64,000 bases of DNA from Octopus vulgaris. Taxonomy: Eukaryota. The notes beneath the pieces are model-generated. The model saw only the letters and a list, made by a program, of their open reading frames with translations, searched no databases and was not told the DNA's origin. Shown in pieces: positions 13,902-27,209 of the stretch. The DNA is taken from assembly GCA_951406725.2 (NCBI GenBank), contig OX597815.1, positions 98,890,001 through 98,954,000 on the forward strand, given 5' to 3'. A program made the position numbers and the translations under genes. The first letter of the stretch is position 1. Every line of letters starts with the position of its first letter.

Positions 13902-14006
13902 TTACACACAGAGATACGTATCCTCACATGCATACATAGATAAATAGATAGGGAGACAGATAAAACAGATAGATGTAGAGATAGGTAAACAAATAGACAA
14001 AAATAT

Positions 14007-14120
<114 letters not shown>

Positions 14121-14233
14121 GTAGTTAAAAATGGAGAACGATACTTACACTTACAAACACATACGCGTTTCCTGATAGCTCCGTTAATATTAGAGAAACC
14201 GTAAACACATAATGCAATATATATATATATATA

Positions 14234-14283
<50 letters not shown>

Positions 14284-14328
14284 TATATACATATATAGAT
14301 ATATATGTATGTACTTATATGTGTATGA

Positions 14329-14403
<75 letters not shown>

Positions 14404-14427
14404 TGTATGTATGCATATATATATATT

Positions 14428-14509
<82 letters not shown>

Positions 14510-14962
14510 GTATACATGTATACAAATCTTCCACAATATATACATAGGGTGTGTGCTTGTGTGAGTGTGTGTGAGTTAGTGTGTGTGCGCGCGCGCGTTT
14601 AGCTGTTTAGATCTGGACCACACTATATAAAACAGCATAAATATTTTCCTCAGTAATCCAACACAAAATATTTCGTGTCGAACAGAAGAAAATGGCGAAA
14701 AGAGAAAAATAAAATCGACGAAGCAAATGGAGGAAAAATATCATATAATTCTAAATATCATGGCAGTATTGTTATGTATAGCTAAGGGCAGTTTTAAAAC
14801 GGGTGTACAGCAGCGATGCATTTAGATACATAAATGTACATAAGCGTCTGTGTATTGGGTAGATTTATTCGGTTGTAGGCTGAAATTATTGATAATGTCG
14901 ATAAATCCCACATACACATATGTATGTATACTACATGCACATATGTATATATAAATATATAT

Positions 14963-15016
<54 letters not shown>

Positions 15017-15934
15017 CTGTGTGTATGATCGTGCATTTACTGATATATATATATGCTTATATGTATGTTTATATATGTATGTACATATATAGAGAGACAC
15101 ATATAAACATTTACATTTATACACCCGTACATAAACATATATATTTATACACACATGCATATACGCATATGATATACACTTACACATATATACCTATGTA
15201 AGCATATATATATATATTTATATATATATATATATATACATGCATATATATACATATATATATATATGTGTGTGTGTATGTGTATATCAGTGTGTGGATG
15301 TATACGTATGTGTTCGTCTGCATGCTTGTATATATATTTGTGTGCATTTGTATAAATCCTATAGACTTGTTGATATCAGTGCCTGTGTGTATACATTAGT
15401 TTTACATGCAAATCAATTCCAAAATGTTTCTTGCGTGTTTGGATTTCAATAAATGCATACAGCCACTAATGAAAATATTTTTTGCCTGGGTACACGAATA
15501 TCAGGACGTTATACATACATACATTACTGATATATATATATATACATGCTCATCAACATTACATAGAATATATATATATATATGTGTGTATATGCTATAG
15601 TCATAAACATATATGCTATGGACATAAGCATATATGTAAGACTGCAAATAGATAACTATATATATGTGTGTGTGTATCTATATGTATATACGCACACACA
15701 AAAACAAACACACACACACACATATATATGCGTATAAATATAGTTATGTATATGTGTATTTGTGATCCACTTCTATATGTATGTTTATGTAAAATTTTTT
15801 CCTGTTTTTTGAAATCTCTCCGTTTCTTTCTTTCTTCGTTCCTTTCTGTCTTTCTTTCTTTTTTGTCTCTTTCTTCCTTTCTCTCTCTCTCTCCCTCAGT
15901 GAATACGCACATACTATATAGTTAAACACATACC

Positions 15935-15985
<51 letters not shown>

Positions 15986-16668
15986 ATATATATATTCATA
16001 TATACACATATATATATATGTACATATATATATATGCAAAGAGAAAGAGAGAGATAAACACATATGAATATACTCATATAAATGCGTTGTATATATATAC
16101 ACACATGTATAGATATGAATGTCCTTTTCGTTAAAACTCAAAAGAAAGTGACTAAATTATTGAGAATGAAAGGAGAATAATACTGAAAGATCCATTAATA
16201 GCAATTCGAAATACCCATACAGGCCTTTAAAAGCATCGGTATATCATATATTCAGAACTAACAGGGTAACAAATCGCCTACATTTTGAATTTGACCATTA
16301 GATTTACTGTTAGTTGATATTTTTTTTATATCACTATGTTTCTCTGTTTATCTCAGGCAGCAGCTCTTTCAATATAAGATATTTGTAATCTCAGGTATTA
16401 GTTGATTCTTCTGTAGCACCACATGTGTATTGGAATGCAATACCACATACACACACACCTACAAACACATACACACACAAACACACACATACGCACGCAT
16501 ACACACATACACTACTTTCAATAATGAATGTTTTAGCCCATTTGCTAACATGGTCACATGGTCACAAACTGCCTACATGTCAAAATGTATGTGTAGATAT
16601 ATATATATATATACAAAGAGAGAGAAGAGAGAGGGAGATGGATATGTATAAGCATATATATATATATG

Positions 16669-16699
<31 letters not shown>

Positions 16700-16739
16700 G
16701 TATATTACGGATTGATACAAAGAAACATATATATATACG

Positions 16740-16773
<34 letters not shown>

Positions 16774-16839
16774 GAAATATATACATCCATCCAACCAGCC
16801 ATACATACATATATATATATGAACTGACGCACATACATA

Positions 16840-17499
<660 letters not shown>

Positions 17500-17681
17500 G
17501 TAGGTGAATGAATTATCCTAGCATCGAAAATTCGTTTAACCGATACCTGGGTAGCAAATTCACATCATAAAACACGGTTGAAGCGACCTGTCAAGGGTAG
17601 AAACTCCGGGTTCTTGTGTGGAAATTTGTTTTTTATATGAATGAATGAAAGAATGGAGTCGAACGAAGATTTTAACAAAAT

Positions 17682-17778
17682 TCCTTTACTCTCGACACAT
17701 GTTTCGAAGACGGCATACTTTTAATTCCGAAGGAATAAATGGTGCATTATGCCATCTTCTCATCAGGAAAGATAAGGA
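17682..17778 (-). ncRNA. Type I hammerhead ribozyme (inverted copy)
   Basis: Reverse complement of the 18713-18809 motif. TCATCAG at 17760-17766, GTTTC at 17701-17705, GAC at 17694-17696. Confidence 0.85.
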
Positions 17779-17954
17779 GCCTCTTTCAGCCACAAGACGA
17801 ACAAAACTTTTGAGGATTGCCTACATGGTGACCACAGTGATAATGAGTGTTTTTTTTAAATAATCGGTTATAAGCAATGACGTCAAAAATGGGTAGAAGG
17901 AGGGAGTAGTAAAAATAGGTAGGGTACAATATGTATGCTGTATGTATGTACTAT

Positions 17955-18190
17955 GTACAGGACTGAGTAAATTAGTTTGGCGTCTTAAAGACAACAATAT
18001 AACTTTCAAGTTGGATTGGTTTATATTGTCTGTATCCTTTCCTTTTGATAAGGGCAGAAAATTTTGTAACATTTGTAATTCTGAACTCTTCTATATCCTT
18101 TTCGCCAAGGTTCCCCTAGTAAACACACTCATAGAAAAATTGTACAAATGTAAGCATTGGCAAAAACACACTTACCATTCATATAAATAA
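17955..18190 (+). pseudogene. PLE GIY-YIG endonuclease C-terminal remnant
   Basis: T-x-LSK-x-x-W-x-LKDNNI...W-x-IL...CNIC...KCKH pattern; 5' part missing. Confidence 0.75.
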
Positions 18191-18324
18191 TATAAATAAC
18201 CACTTTAGTTTTAACAATTAGCTTCACGTCCACACCACTGCCATAGACAAATTCTTTCGTATGCCTTCGAATTTTCTTTCTGCTCCGTTATATGTTCCAT
18301 TGCTACTAAATATCTTTGACGTAT

Positions 18325-18358
<34 letters not shown>

Positions 18359-18712
18359 ATAACACGCACGATCAAACACAGAGACACAAATTTTACACCT
18401 TACTCCTAAGTATATTTGACGTTTGTCTCACACACACAATAACACATACACACACTCAGACACAAATGCAGTTATATACACACACTCATACACATACACA
18501 AATACTCGCACTCATTAACACAAGCACACACCCGCACATCCCCATACATACAGCATACATATTGTCCCCTACCTATTTTTACTACTCCCTCCGTCTACCC
18601 ATTTTTGACGTCATTGCTTATAACGGATTATTTAAAAAAAACACTCATTTTCACTGTGGTCACCATGTAGGCAATCATCAAAAGTTTTGTTCGTCTTGTG
18701 GCTGAAAGAGGC

Positions 18713-18809
18713 TCCTTATCTTTCCTGATGAGAAGATGGCATAATGCACCATTTATTCCTTCGGAATTAAAAGTATGCCGTCTTCGAAACATGTGTCGAG
18801 AGTAAAGGA
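18713..18809 (+). ncRNA. Type I hammerhead ribozyme
   Basis: Stem I TCCTT-AT-CTTTC / GAGAG-TA-AAGGA. Core CTGATGA at 18725-18731. Stem II GAAGATGGCATA / TATGCCGTCTTC. GAAAC-ATGT-GTC at 18786-18797, with predicted cleavage after C18797. Confidence 0.87.
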
Positions 18810-18849
18810 ATTCTGTTAAAATCTTCGTTCGACTCCATTCTTTCATTTA

Positions 18850-18909
<60 letters not shown>

Positions 18910-19004
18910 GATAGATAGATTGATAAATAGATATGTATGTATATATATATATTATATTATTCGTATTATTATTTAATTGAACGCCACGTATTCATTTCCA
19001 AGTT

Positions 19005-19049
<45 letters not shown>

Positions 19050-19075
19050 GTGTGTCTGTGCGTGTGTGTGTGTGT

Positions 19076-19094
<19 letters not shown>

Positions 19095-19113
<19 letters not shown>

Positions 19114-19290
19114 CACCTTAACCTTTGTAGCAGGGGCACGGCAGTGATCTTGAAACTCGTCACTAGGGAACTAAGACAGGTGGGAAACGGGTTTTTTTAT
19201 GATGAACCAGATCTCAGAAAGTACAGACGGACGAAATGACTATAAGCATTTTGCCAGTCCTGCTAACGTTTCTGTCGGCTCGCTTCCTTC
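19095..19290 (-). mobile_element. Degenerate SINE family D copy
   Basis: TAAGCATTTTGCCAGTCCTGCTAACGTTTCTGTCGGCTCGCTTCCTT is the reverse complement of the family D head seen at 57752. Confidence 0.55.
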
Positions 19291-19773
19291 ATTATATAGA
19301 ATATTAAAAGACGATAGGTAGAGGATGGTGTGTGAAGGATCCTGCGCATCGATGAGAAGAGTCTAAATAATCTCTGCTTAAGTAGGTTCATGTCGGAAAA
19401 TATAGACACTTTCAAAACGGCCTTCATCGGGCAGTGATATAGAGAACGAGGACTTATCTGTTCGGATTTAAAGTTTACAACACTATCTGAAAAATGCTAA
19501 TATACGAAAGTGTTCGACACTGATGTGGTATCCATGCGTTCTTTATCTGTGCGTTTATACACCAGTGTGTTTTTACGTGAAGGACGTAGGTCTAGCTCTC
19601 AGGCATAGCTATAGATGAATAGTCATGTTATTCTGTAAGGAAGCTATGTCTTGAGAATGTGTGGGTTAAATACAAGTGGGAGTGTTGATGAGAGAGTTTC
19701 TCTTCCTTAAGAGGAACATGAATAAGTTGAAGTGAAGCTCTCAAAACAATTATTAGCGTACCATATAAAAAGG

Positions 19774-19817
<44 letters not shown>

Positions 19818-20877
19818 GGAGAGATAAAGAGAGACAGACAGACAGAATGAGGGAGAGGTATATTCCTTCAGGAAGTTTATGAGAGGTACGCGAAAGTAAT
19901 GAAATTAGCGTAATAATTGAACCTACACTGACAATGTAAATGAAAGCTAGGGGTTAGTAGAGAGATAAGCCGAATATGTGCGAAGGACGCTCCAAATTCA
20001 TAAATTTGCAGCATCTTTTTTATTCATTATGATATGTTTATAAATGGATTTTTATTCTTTCTCACGCACTCTTTTACTTGATGCTGAAATATCGAACTGT
20101 TTCTTGTTTGTTGCATTCTGAAGTATTTCGCTTTCGTGCAAGTCTCGGGACCAATTAAATAAATCCTTATAGTTCATATTCTTGTTACACTGGTTAACAT
20201 CGCCATTCATATTAGAAGCAGCTATGGCAATATTAGTTGCGTGTCTGGTAGTATATTCAGGACATCTTTCTATATTTTTACTAATTTTTGTATGTTAGAT
20301 CATAAAAATTACATATGATTACAAAAAACATTAACAACCCACTCTTCTGGCAAAAGAAATATTGACGATAATTTGTTATTTTTTTCTTTTGATAACGTTC
20401 CTAAAATGCATGATATATATTTATATATTTTAACTTCCTGATTTATACAAGAGATTTAATAAGTATCTGAAGGGAAGTTACTCTCCTATGATCTTGGATA
20501 AATTTGTTGCTGGTTTACAGTATATCAAAGGAAAGATATTTGAGATTTCGTGATTATACTTATAATAATCCTACGAAACAACAGCAATTGTGAAATATAC
20601 ATGCATAAATAAATAAATAGATAAATGTGGAGTTGGAGGACAGATTCGTAGAAAATATTTTGGATCAATTTCATCTAGGTTCAAATTTTGTTCAGATTAC
20701 TATATATTTTAAATAGATTCAAACGACAATTAACATGACAGCAGGCCCACAAACCAAGAAAAGGTGTGCGATAAAGAATGGAAAAAGAATTAAATAGCCT
20801 ATGTAAATAAAATATGTCAGATTCGTAAAATAGATGTAGGTATTATACAACATCTCAAACATAATTTATAGATGCTC

Positions 20878-20916
<39 letters not shown>

Positions 20917-20940
20917 CATACATACATACATACATATATA

Positions 20941-20994
<54 letters not shown>

Positions 20995-21000
20995 TGCCTA

Positions 21001-22254
21001 CAGGGTGCAGTGAATAAATTGTCGTCTAAATTACGCAAAGATGAAAATAACACTGACATCTTATTTTAACATATGTACCAAAATTACAAAAAACTATCTT
21101 GAAATACTAAATAGTTTATTTAATAAAATCGCCATTGTCTTCAACCACGGCCGCCAGACGATTTCAGCTCTTCTGGACGGTCTCCTTGTTTACGTTGGGG
21201 AATGCTGCCATAATCCTTTCCTTCAGTTCATCTTTGGTGTTACAAGGAGTTTTGTCGGTCTCTCGCTCAACTGCGCCCCACACATAATAATCAAGTGAGT
21301 TGAAGTGTAGGGGGGGGGGGGTTAAGTGACCAGATGTTAAGGGTGATGTGGTCGCAGAAATTGTCAAACAGCAATGACTGTGTTCTCCTGCTTGTGGCAT
21401 GGTACAGAGTCCTTTTGCCAGATATAGAGTCTTCCAGCATCCACTCTCTTGACCCAGGACATCACTACCTCCCCCAGGAAATTGAGGTAGGCTTCCGAGT
21501 TGAGCTTGAGGCCGTGTGGGAAGATGAATCGAGGCATAATATCGCCATCACTAGTGATAACTCCAAGCACCATGATATTGACTGGATGTTTGATTTTTAT
21601 CACTCTCGGTACCTGTTTTGGGGACACGGCAAGCCAACGGTTCACCATCTGATCCTGGCAGAAATTTTTTTCGTCTCAGAAAAGAAACCAATGCCTGTTC
21701 GGTTGGAGGGGATGCTTGAGTTTGTTCAAAAGCTTCGTAGCGCGGTCTTCCTTCTTGTTTTTGAGAGCTTGGGATGAAACATTGACCATTTCTCATCTTG
21801 GATGGGGAATACCGAATGTCTTCATGCACTACCTGCCTGAAAGAAACTCAGATATTCCCATGTCCCTGGCGATGGACCTCATTTTGCTTGGTGGGATTAT
21901 TCTGAATCATGGCCTGGATCTCACCAACATTTTCAGTTCTTTTTTTATCAGAACTATCAGAGTGAGTTTTCCGAGCTGCTGTACTTTTGAAATCACCATT
22001 AGACTCATCCAACTCTTGACGAATCTACTACACTGTCCTCACTCTGAAATGTTCGAATTGGAGCTTCTGACACGAATGCCAAGCAGTACAGTATGTCGTT
22101 TCCAAATTTCTGGCAATTAGATTGCGGCATGGTGGTGTTTTTCTCACAGACGGTGCCCAACTACGATACTGTGTAGTCTACAAAATCCCAAACAAACTAT
22201 GTTTATGCATGAAGTTAAAAATATAAAATGGTGATATTTACCCATCACATCCCA
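21001..22254 (-). mobile_element. Full-length degenerate maT (DD37D)-like transposon
   Basis: Imperfect TIRs (CAGGGTGCAGTGAATAAATTG / ATATTTACCCATCACATCCCA) with TA flanks. Frameshifted transposase: KHPVNIMVLGVITSDG...IWQKDSVPCH...LDYYVWGAVE...EDNGDFIK* (stop at 21116). Confidence 0.85.
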
Positions 22255-22325
22255 TATATATACGTGTGTGTGTGTGTGTGCGCGCGCGCGTGCGTCTGTA
22301 TATAAATATACATTATGTGTGTGTA

Positions 22326-22358
<33 letters not shown>

Positions 22359-22361
<3 letters not shown>

Positions 22362-23319
22362 AGGTAAGACATAATTATTTAATTTTTATGCTCTGCTATG
22401 ACTTAATTCCGAAACGTGCGTCCGTAGGTAACTTAATATAGAATGATTTTCGCCATTTATTTCTCTTTTGCCTGCGTTGTTTGTTTTTTAAGTGCTTTGG
22501 TTTTACTGGGATCTCCCTTTTAAGTAGAAAGAAGAGCCAAAACATTTTGACTGCTATTTCTAAATTCGGTGTGTGGTGAGGCAAATCGTTGCTTAACCCT
22601 TAATTAATTAGTATTACTTAAACCTTCCTTGTATGGGTCTTTTACATGCCGAACTCTACTTGGTGAAATTAATGATTATTTCTAAATTAATTAATTGATT
22701 TTACCCTTTATTATTGATAATTGTATTTCTTCCCAGTAAAAAACTGTAGCATCTTATTTTGGCAACACGCTGGCAGAAGGGGAAGGTAACTTACTTCCAT
22801 TCACCCTTTGAATTTGGCTGTACTGGCAAGAATTACGCTCGCTCTGATACTATGAGTTGAGGTGATGTCTTCTAGTGCCTTCAAATTTAATACACAATTA
22901 TTAATAATTGAGACGCAATTATTTATAATTGAAGAGTCCTACGCTGAGGAGGAAAATAGTCAGGTAAGACATAATTATTTAATTTTTATGCTCTGCTACG
23001 ACTTAATTCCGAAACGTGCGTCCGTAGGTAACTTAATATAGAATGATTTTCGCCATTTATTTCTCTTTTGCCTGCGTTGTTTGTTTTTTAAGTGCTTTGG
23101 TTTTACTGGGATCTCCCTTTTAAGTAGAAAGAAGAGCCAAAACATTTTGACTGCTATTTCTAAATTCGGTGTGTGGTGAGGCAAATCGTTGCTTAACCCT
23201 TAATTAATTAGTATTACTTAAACCTTCCTTGTATGGGTCTTTTACATGCCGAACTCTACTTGGTGAAATTAATGATTATTTCTAAATTAATTAATTGATT
23301 TTACCCTTTATTATTGATA
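22359..23319 (+). mobile_element. Non-coding 600-bp-period partial tandem (1.6 units) carrying a hammerhead ribozyme; retrozyme/PLE pLTR-like
   Basis: 22359-22719 repeats at 22959-23319, with one mismatch seen by eye. Bounded by TA-rich microsatellite on both sides. HHR spans the unit junction. Confidence 0.85.
22938..23028 (+). ncRNA. Type I hammerhead ribozyme with long stem II
   Basis: Stem I CCTACG (22938-22943) / CGTAGG (23023-23028), 6 perfect bp. Core CTGAGGA at 22944-22950. Stem II GGAA...TTCC with inner AGTC/GACT and CATAA/TTATG. GAAAC-GTGC-GTC at 23011-23022. Confidence 0.87.
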
Positions 23320-23362
23320 TATGTATATATATATGCATGTATGTATGTATGTATATATATAA

Positions 23363-24835
23363 ATGGTTCTCTATCTACGTTTAGTTTCTTAGTTGCTACC
23401 TTTACCACCACCTTATCCCCAAACGTTTCCGCCTCCATTCCCAACCCACTTTCCACTCTGCTTCACCCATCCTACCCATACCCCGTACTACCTCCTATCG
23501 CCTTCTGCGTGCTATCATTCGTTCTAATCTCTCCAAAATGCACACCCTTGACCGCCTTCTCCCACCCGCTTATTCCATCTTTTTCTCCCCTCTTTCACCT
23601 TCCTTTGCAGATTCCACTCTACGCTACATAATCCATTTAAATTATCTTCTCCACAAGTTCCTCGTCTGCACTAAACAACATAAATTCCACTCACTCTATT
23701 TCATTTTGTCAAACCGGTGCCTCTACAGCAACTCCTCCCGACCTCTCTCCTTCCCGATACACTTTCCCCTCATCCTCACCCCAACCCTTCCGTTACTCCT
23801 CTCCCACGCACTTACTCTTCCTCTCTCTCTTCCCAGCCTCGACTACTCCAACACCTTTCCACTTCTAACTCATCTACCCCTCCCGACTTCAGTCTGTTCC
23901 TACCATTCCTTCTGACATTCCCCTCTCTCAGGAGGCGGGCTCTCTTCTCAGTAAGGGTTTGCGCTTCGTATCCCTCTCTCCATCCAGTAACGAATTTCAA
24001 ACCCGTGCTGATATTCATAGCTTTGTGCACCGCATCAGGCCATATGCACTATTCCACAGCACTCCATGTGCATCTAATGAAGAGGACTGCCTCACCGATC
24101 TGCGCCACCGATCATCCCACTGGGCGCCAGCTACTGGCTGGTTCCAAGCAAACGATCATTTTGCAAGCATCTGCCAACGTGTTGAGGACCGGTTTAACTT
24201 TCGCAGGCGTTCCCGACATTTTAACATCTCCCCAGCCGAACACTTGGCCCTTCAATATCTCCGACGCCGCAAAGACATCATCATAGAACCGGCTTACAAG
24301 AGTGGAGCTGTGGTGCTGTGACGCGCAGACCGCTAAAAGGCTGAAGCTCTAAGCCAACTTCTATTGCCTTCTGACCTCCAACGCCACGTCTAACTACCAA
24401 CAGAATGTGACCTCCAATATCGGCGACCTCATCTCTTCCTCCCGTCTCCCTCATACCGCTCCCCATCTCAATATCCACACCCCACGCACCCCTACCATTT
24501 AATTCCTTCCCAAAATCCACAAGCCCAATATCTCTGGTCGCCCCATCAACTCCCCCACGGAATTGATCTCAAATACCTCGAGCGTGTTCTTGTCACCCCT
24601 AGCGGCTTCTCTCCCTTCCTACATCCACGACACTAACCTTGCTCTCCATCTCTTCCTCCTGGCCCCTCTAAATTTCTCTTCACTCTTCATATCAAGAGTC
24701 TTTATATGGTGATCCCAAATAACGAAGGACTTCTTGCACTCAAGCACTCCCTAGACCTTCAACCCAACCCCAGCCTGACTCCTCCACACATCTTCGTCTG
24801 ACCGAACTGCTTCTCGTTCGGGGGATTTTACCAAC
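23363..24835 (+). pseudogene. Degenerate Penelope-like reverse transcriptase ORF fragment
   Basis: Broken frames give LRRRKDIIIEPAYKSGAVV (KPADKGGAVV motif), FLPKIHKPNISGRPI, LPSYIHDT and LFTLHIKSLYMVIPNNEGL, all PLE RT signatures. Confidence 0.85.
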
Positions 24836-24919
24836 AATTCTTTGAAATAAATTTTCACACGCTAGGCCACTGGAAGTGAACATTTCTATTAATTTCCATT
24901 TCCCTTTGATATGATTAAG

Positions 24920-24961
<42 letters not shown>

Positions 24962-24964
<3 letters not shown>

Positions 24965-26148
24965 GGATCGGACAAAATAATGGAAAAACCTAGCATCATA
25001 GCATCATAAGTTTGAAATATCTATAAAACCGTCAAAAACTAGTCTATTTTTTTTTTGGTTTATATTATTAGTGTTACTTCATGTTTTGCTAAAATTGCTG
25101 TTTCTTTTCAGATATCTTCAGAAAAAAGTAATTAAAAATTCTTCAAAATGACAGATTCATCGGACTTTCAAAGAGATCAAATTGTTTGTGCTCGTATGGC
25201 AGGCGCTAGCGTAACGAAAACACCCGAAATGTCTGATGTATCAAGAAGTACTGTGTCAAAAGTAACGACACCCTTTGAGAAAGAGGGAAAAACCTCCTCG
25301 TGGAAAAAAAACTCCGGCAGAAAGATATAGCTTTCAGATAGGGAGCGTCGGACTCTTACGCGAATTGTTAGAAATGGTCACAAAAGTACAGCTCCCAAGT
25401 TTAATGCAGACCTTAATGACCACCTCGAGAACCCAGTTTCCACAAAAACTGTTCGCCGGGAGCTGCACAAAGTCGGATTTTACGGTAGGGTTGCAATCAG
25501 AAAACTATTACTTTCAAAAACAAACGTTGCATAGCGTTTAGAGTGGAGGAGTAAAAAAACCTACAGAATTGGTACCTAGAACAGTGGAGGCCTGTTATTT
25601 TCTCGGATGAGTCATCTTTTACCTCATTTCCGACCACCGGCCAACTATACGTGTGGAGACAGCCAAAAGAAGCACTTGACCCAGACTGCCTTCTTCCAAC
25701 TGTTAAACATGGAGGAGGATCTGTGATGTTCTGAGGGCTATGTCTTGGAAATCCACCGACCCAATGGTTTCCCTTCATGGCAGAATTATTAACAGTCAAG
25801 ACTACTGAAGCATTTCATCAAATGGTTGCGGAACTTTTCCGGCGAGAAACGGTAATATTTCATGTTTGATAATGCACCAATTCAAACAGCTAAATATTAT
25901 TGAACATTTATAATGCATTTTAGAAAAACAAGTTAGAAGTCGATATCTTCCACCATAATCACTACAAGAACTGGAGAATAATTTAGCTGAAGAATAGACA
26001 AAAATTCCTTTGGAGACAATTCAAACTTTGTACGAGTCCATAGCTCATAGAATTTAAGTTGTAATTACTGCCAAAGGCTGTCCGACCCCATATTACAATA
26101 CATTTGTTTAAAATTTTAAGGTGTTTCCATTATTCTGTCCAACCCCTG
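24962..26148 (+). mobile_element. Degenerate Tc1-type transposon
   Basis: TIRs GGACAAAATAATGGAAAAACC / GGTGTTTCCATTATTCTGTCCAACCCCTG-TA. Transposase remnants MTDSSDFQRDQIVCARMAGASV, FSDESSF, TVKHGGGSVMF, DNAPI. Confidence 0.9.
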
Positions 26149-26269
26149 TACATATGTAAGTACGTATGTGTGTGTGTGCACGCGCGCACATATTCTGTTT
26201 TATTTCAAGATTTCTTGCCAATAATGGTAAAGCCGTTTTCTAACTTTCATCCAAGGCTGTTGTCCATGC

Positions 26270-26845
26270 CTTGATGATCGATCATACTATCATCACGGAG
26301 CTTTCAACTAACATATTCATGCATAGCCTTCTGCTCACATAGGCTCATCTTTTCATCTGATGAAAGGTTGCGGTAGAGGCGTGCGACTTCTTTGGGTATG
26401 TATTCTATGTTATCAAACAAAGAGTGTTGCTCGAAGAGCTGCCTTCCAAGTTGTATGGTGTTATCAGCCTCATGTATGCAAACTTGGTCAAGGGACGCAC
26501 TTCGGTACTTGGTGGTTAAAAGATGCTGCCGAAGGGATATGATGCGACATTCAAAGGAATTTTGGAGCGTTGTTAAGCCTCTGCTGCCTTGTTTACGTTT
26601 TGGGTAGAGGCGGTCTACGTCACTGTTTTTGTGGAAATTATGTGTGCTTGTTAGTATTTTTCGGATTTTCACATCAATGGCTCGGATCTCATCAAGCGTC
26701 CAATCAAGCAGCCCAAATGCTGGTATGAGTACTGGAACTTCAAACACATTGTCGGCCACTGTTTTATTGAATGCAGAGAGTTCTGAGGCTCAGATTTCCT
26801 TTATTCAGCAGGAATATTCTTTAGTGATACGTGTTTTGTTACAGA
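26270..26845 (-). mobile_element. R4/Dong-like non-LTR retrotransposon fragment (RT C-terminal region)
   Basis: VPVLIPAFGLLDWTLDEIRAIDVKIRKILTSTHNFHKNSDVDRLYPKRKQGSRGL is the post-RT motif typical of R4-clade elements. Confidence 0.8.
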
Positions 26846-27209
26846 TACCACATGTATGTATGTATGTATGTATGTATGTATGTATGTATGTATGTATGTG
26901 TGTATGTATGTATGCATACACGCAAACAGAAAGAAAGTAAAGGCTGAAGATTTTCAGACGATGGATATTTAAGTTTAAATATATAGATATTAATATATTA
27001 ATAGATAAATATTACACACAGTATATGCTGCTTGCTCTCCCATATTTAACCATTCCTGAACTTCTCTTCACCATGATCTCAATCAATCCAATGTTTATTT
27101 GCTTCCATTACCGACTGCATATTTCTGTGAACTACATCTTCCAGCATTATTATGGACCTCCGAGCCCCCAGAAACAACTGTTGGACTTAGCAGCTTACTT
27201 ATATATATA

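Larger units (their letters stand above)
17634..18857 (+). mobile_element. Truncated Penelope-like element: inverted pLTR + GIY-YIG C-terminus + pLTR
   Basis: 17634-17948 and 18543-18857 are near-identical inverted repeats. Between them the + ORF TGLSKLVWRLKDNNITFKLDWFIL...RKFCNICNSE...KCKH resembles the C-terminus of PLE GIY-YIG endonucleases. Confidence 0.85.

Noticed and set aside
17645-18846. Twin 72-aa ORFs MKEWSRTKIL...
   Set aside because: Antisense readings of the inverted pLTR arms with no recognisable protein motif.
22396-23184. Duplicated 62-aa minus-strand ORF MPHHTPNLE...
   Set aside because: By-product of the 600-bp tandem. Non-ATG start, no recognisable domain, antisense to the ribozyme.
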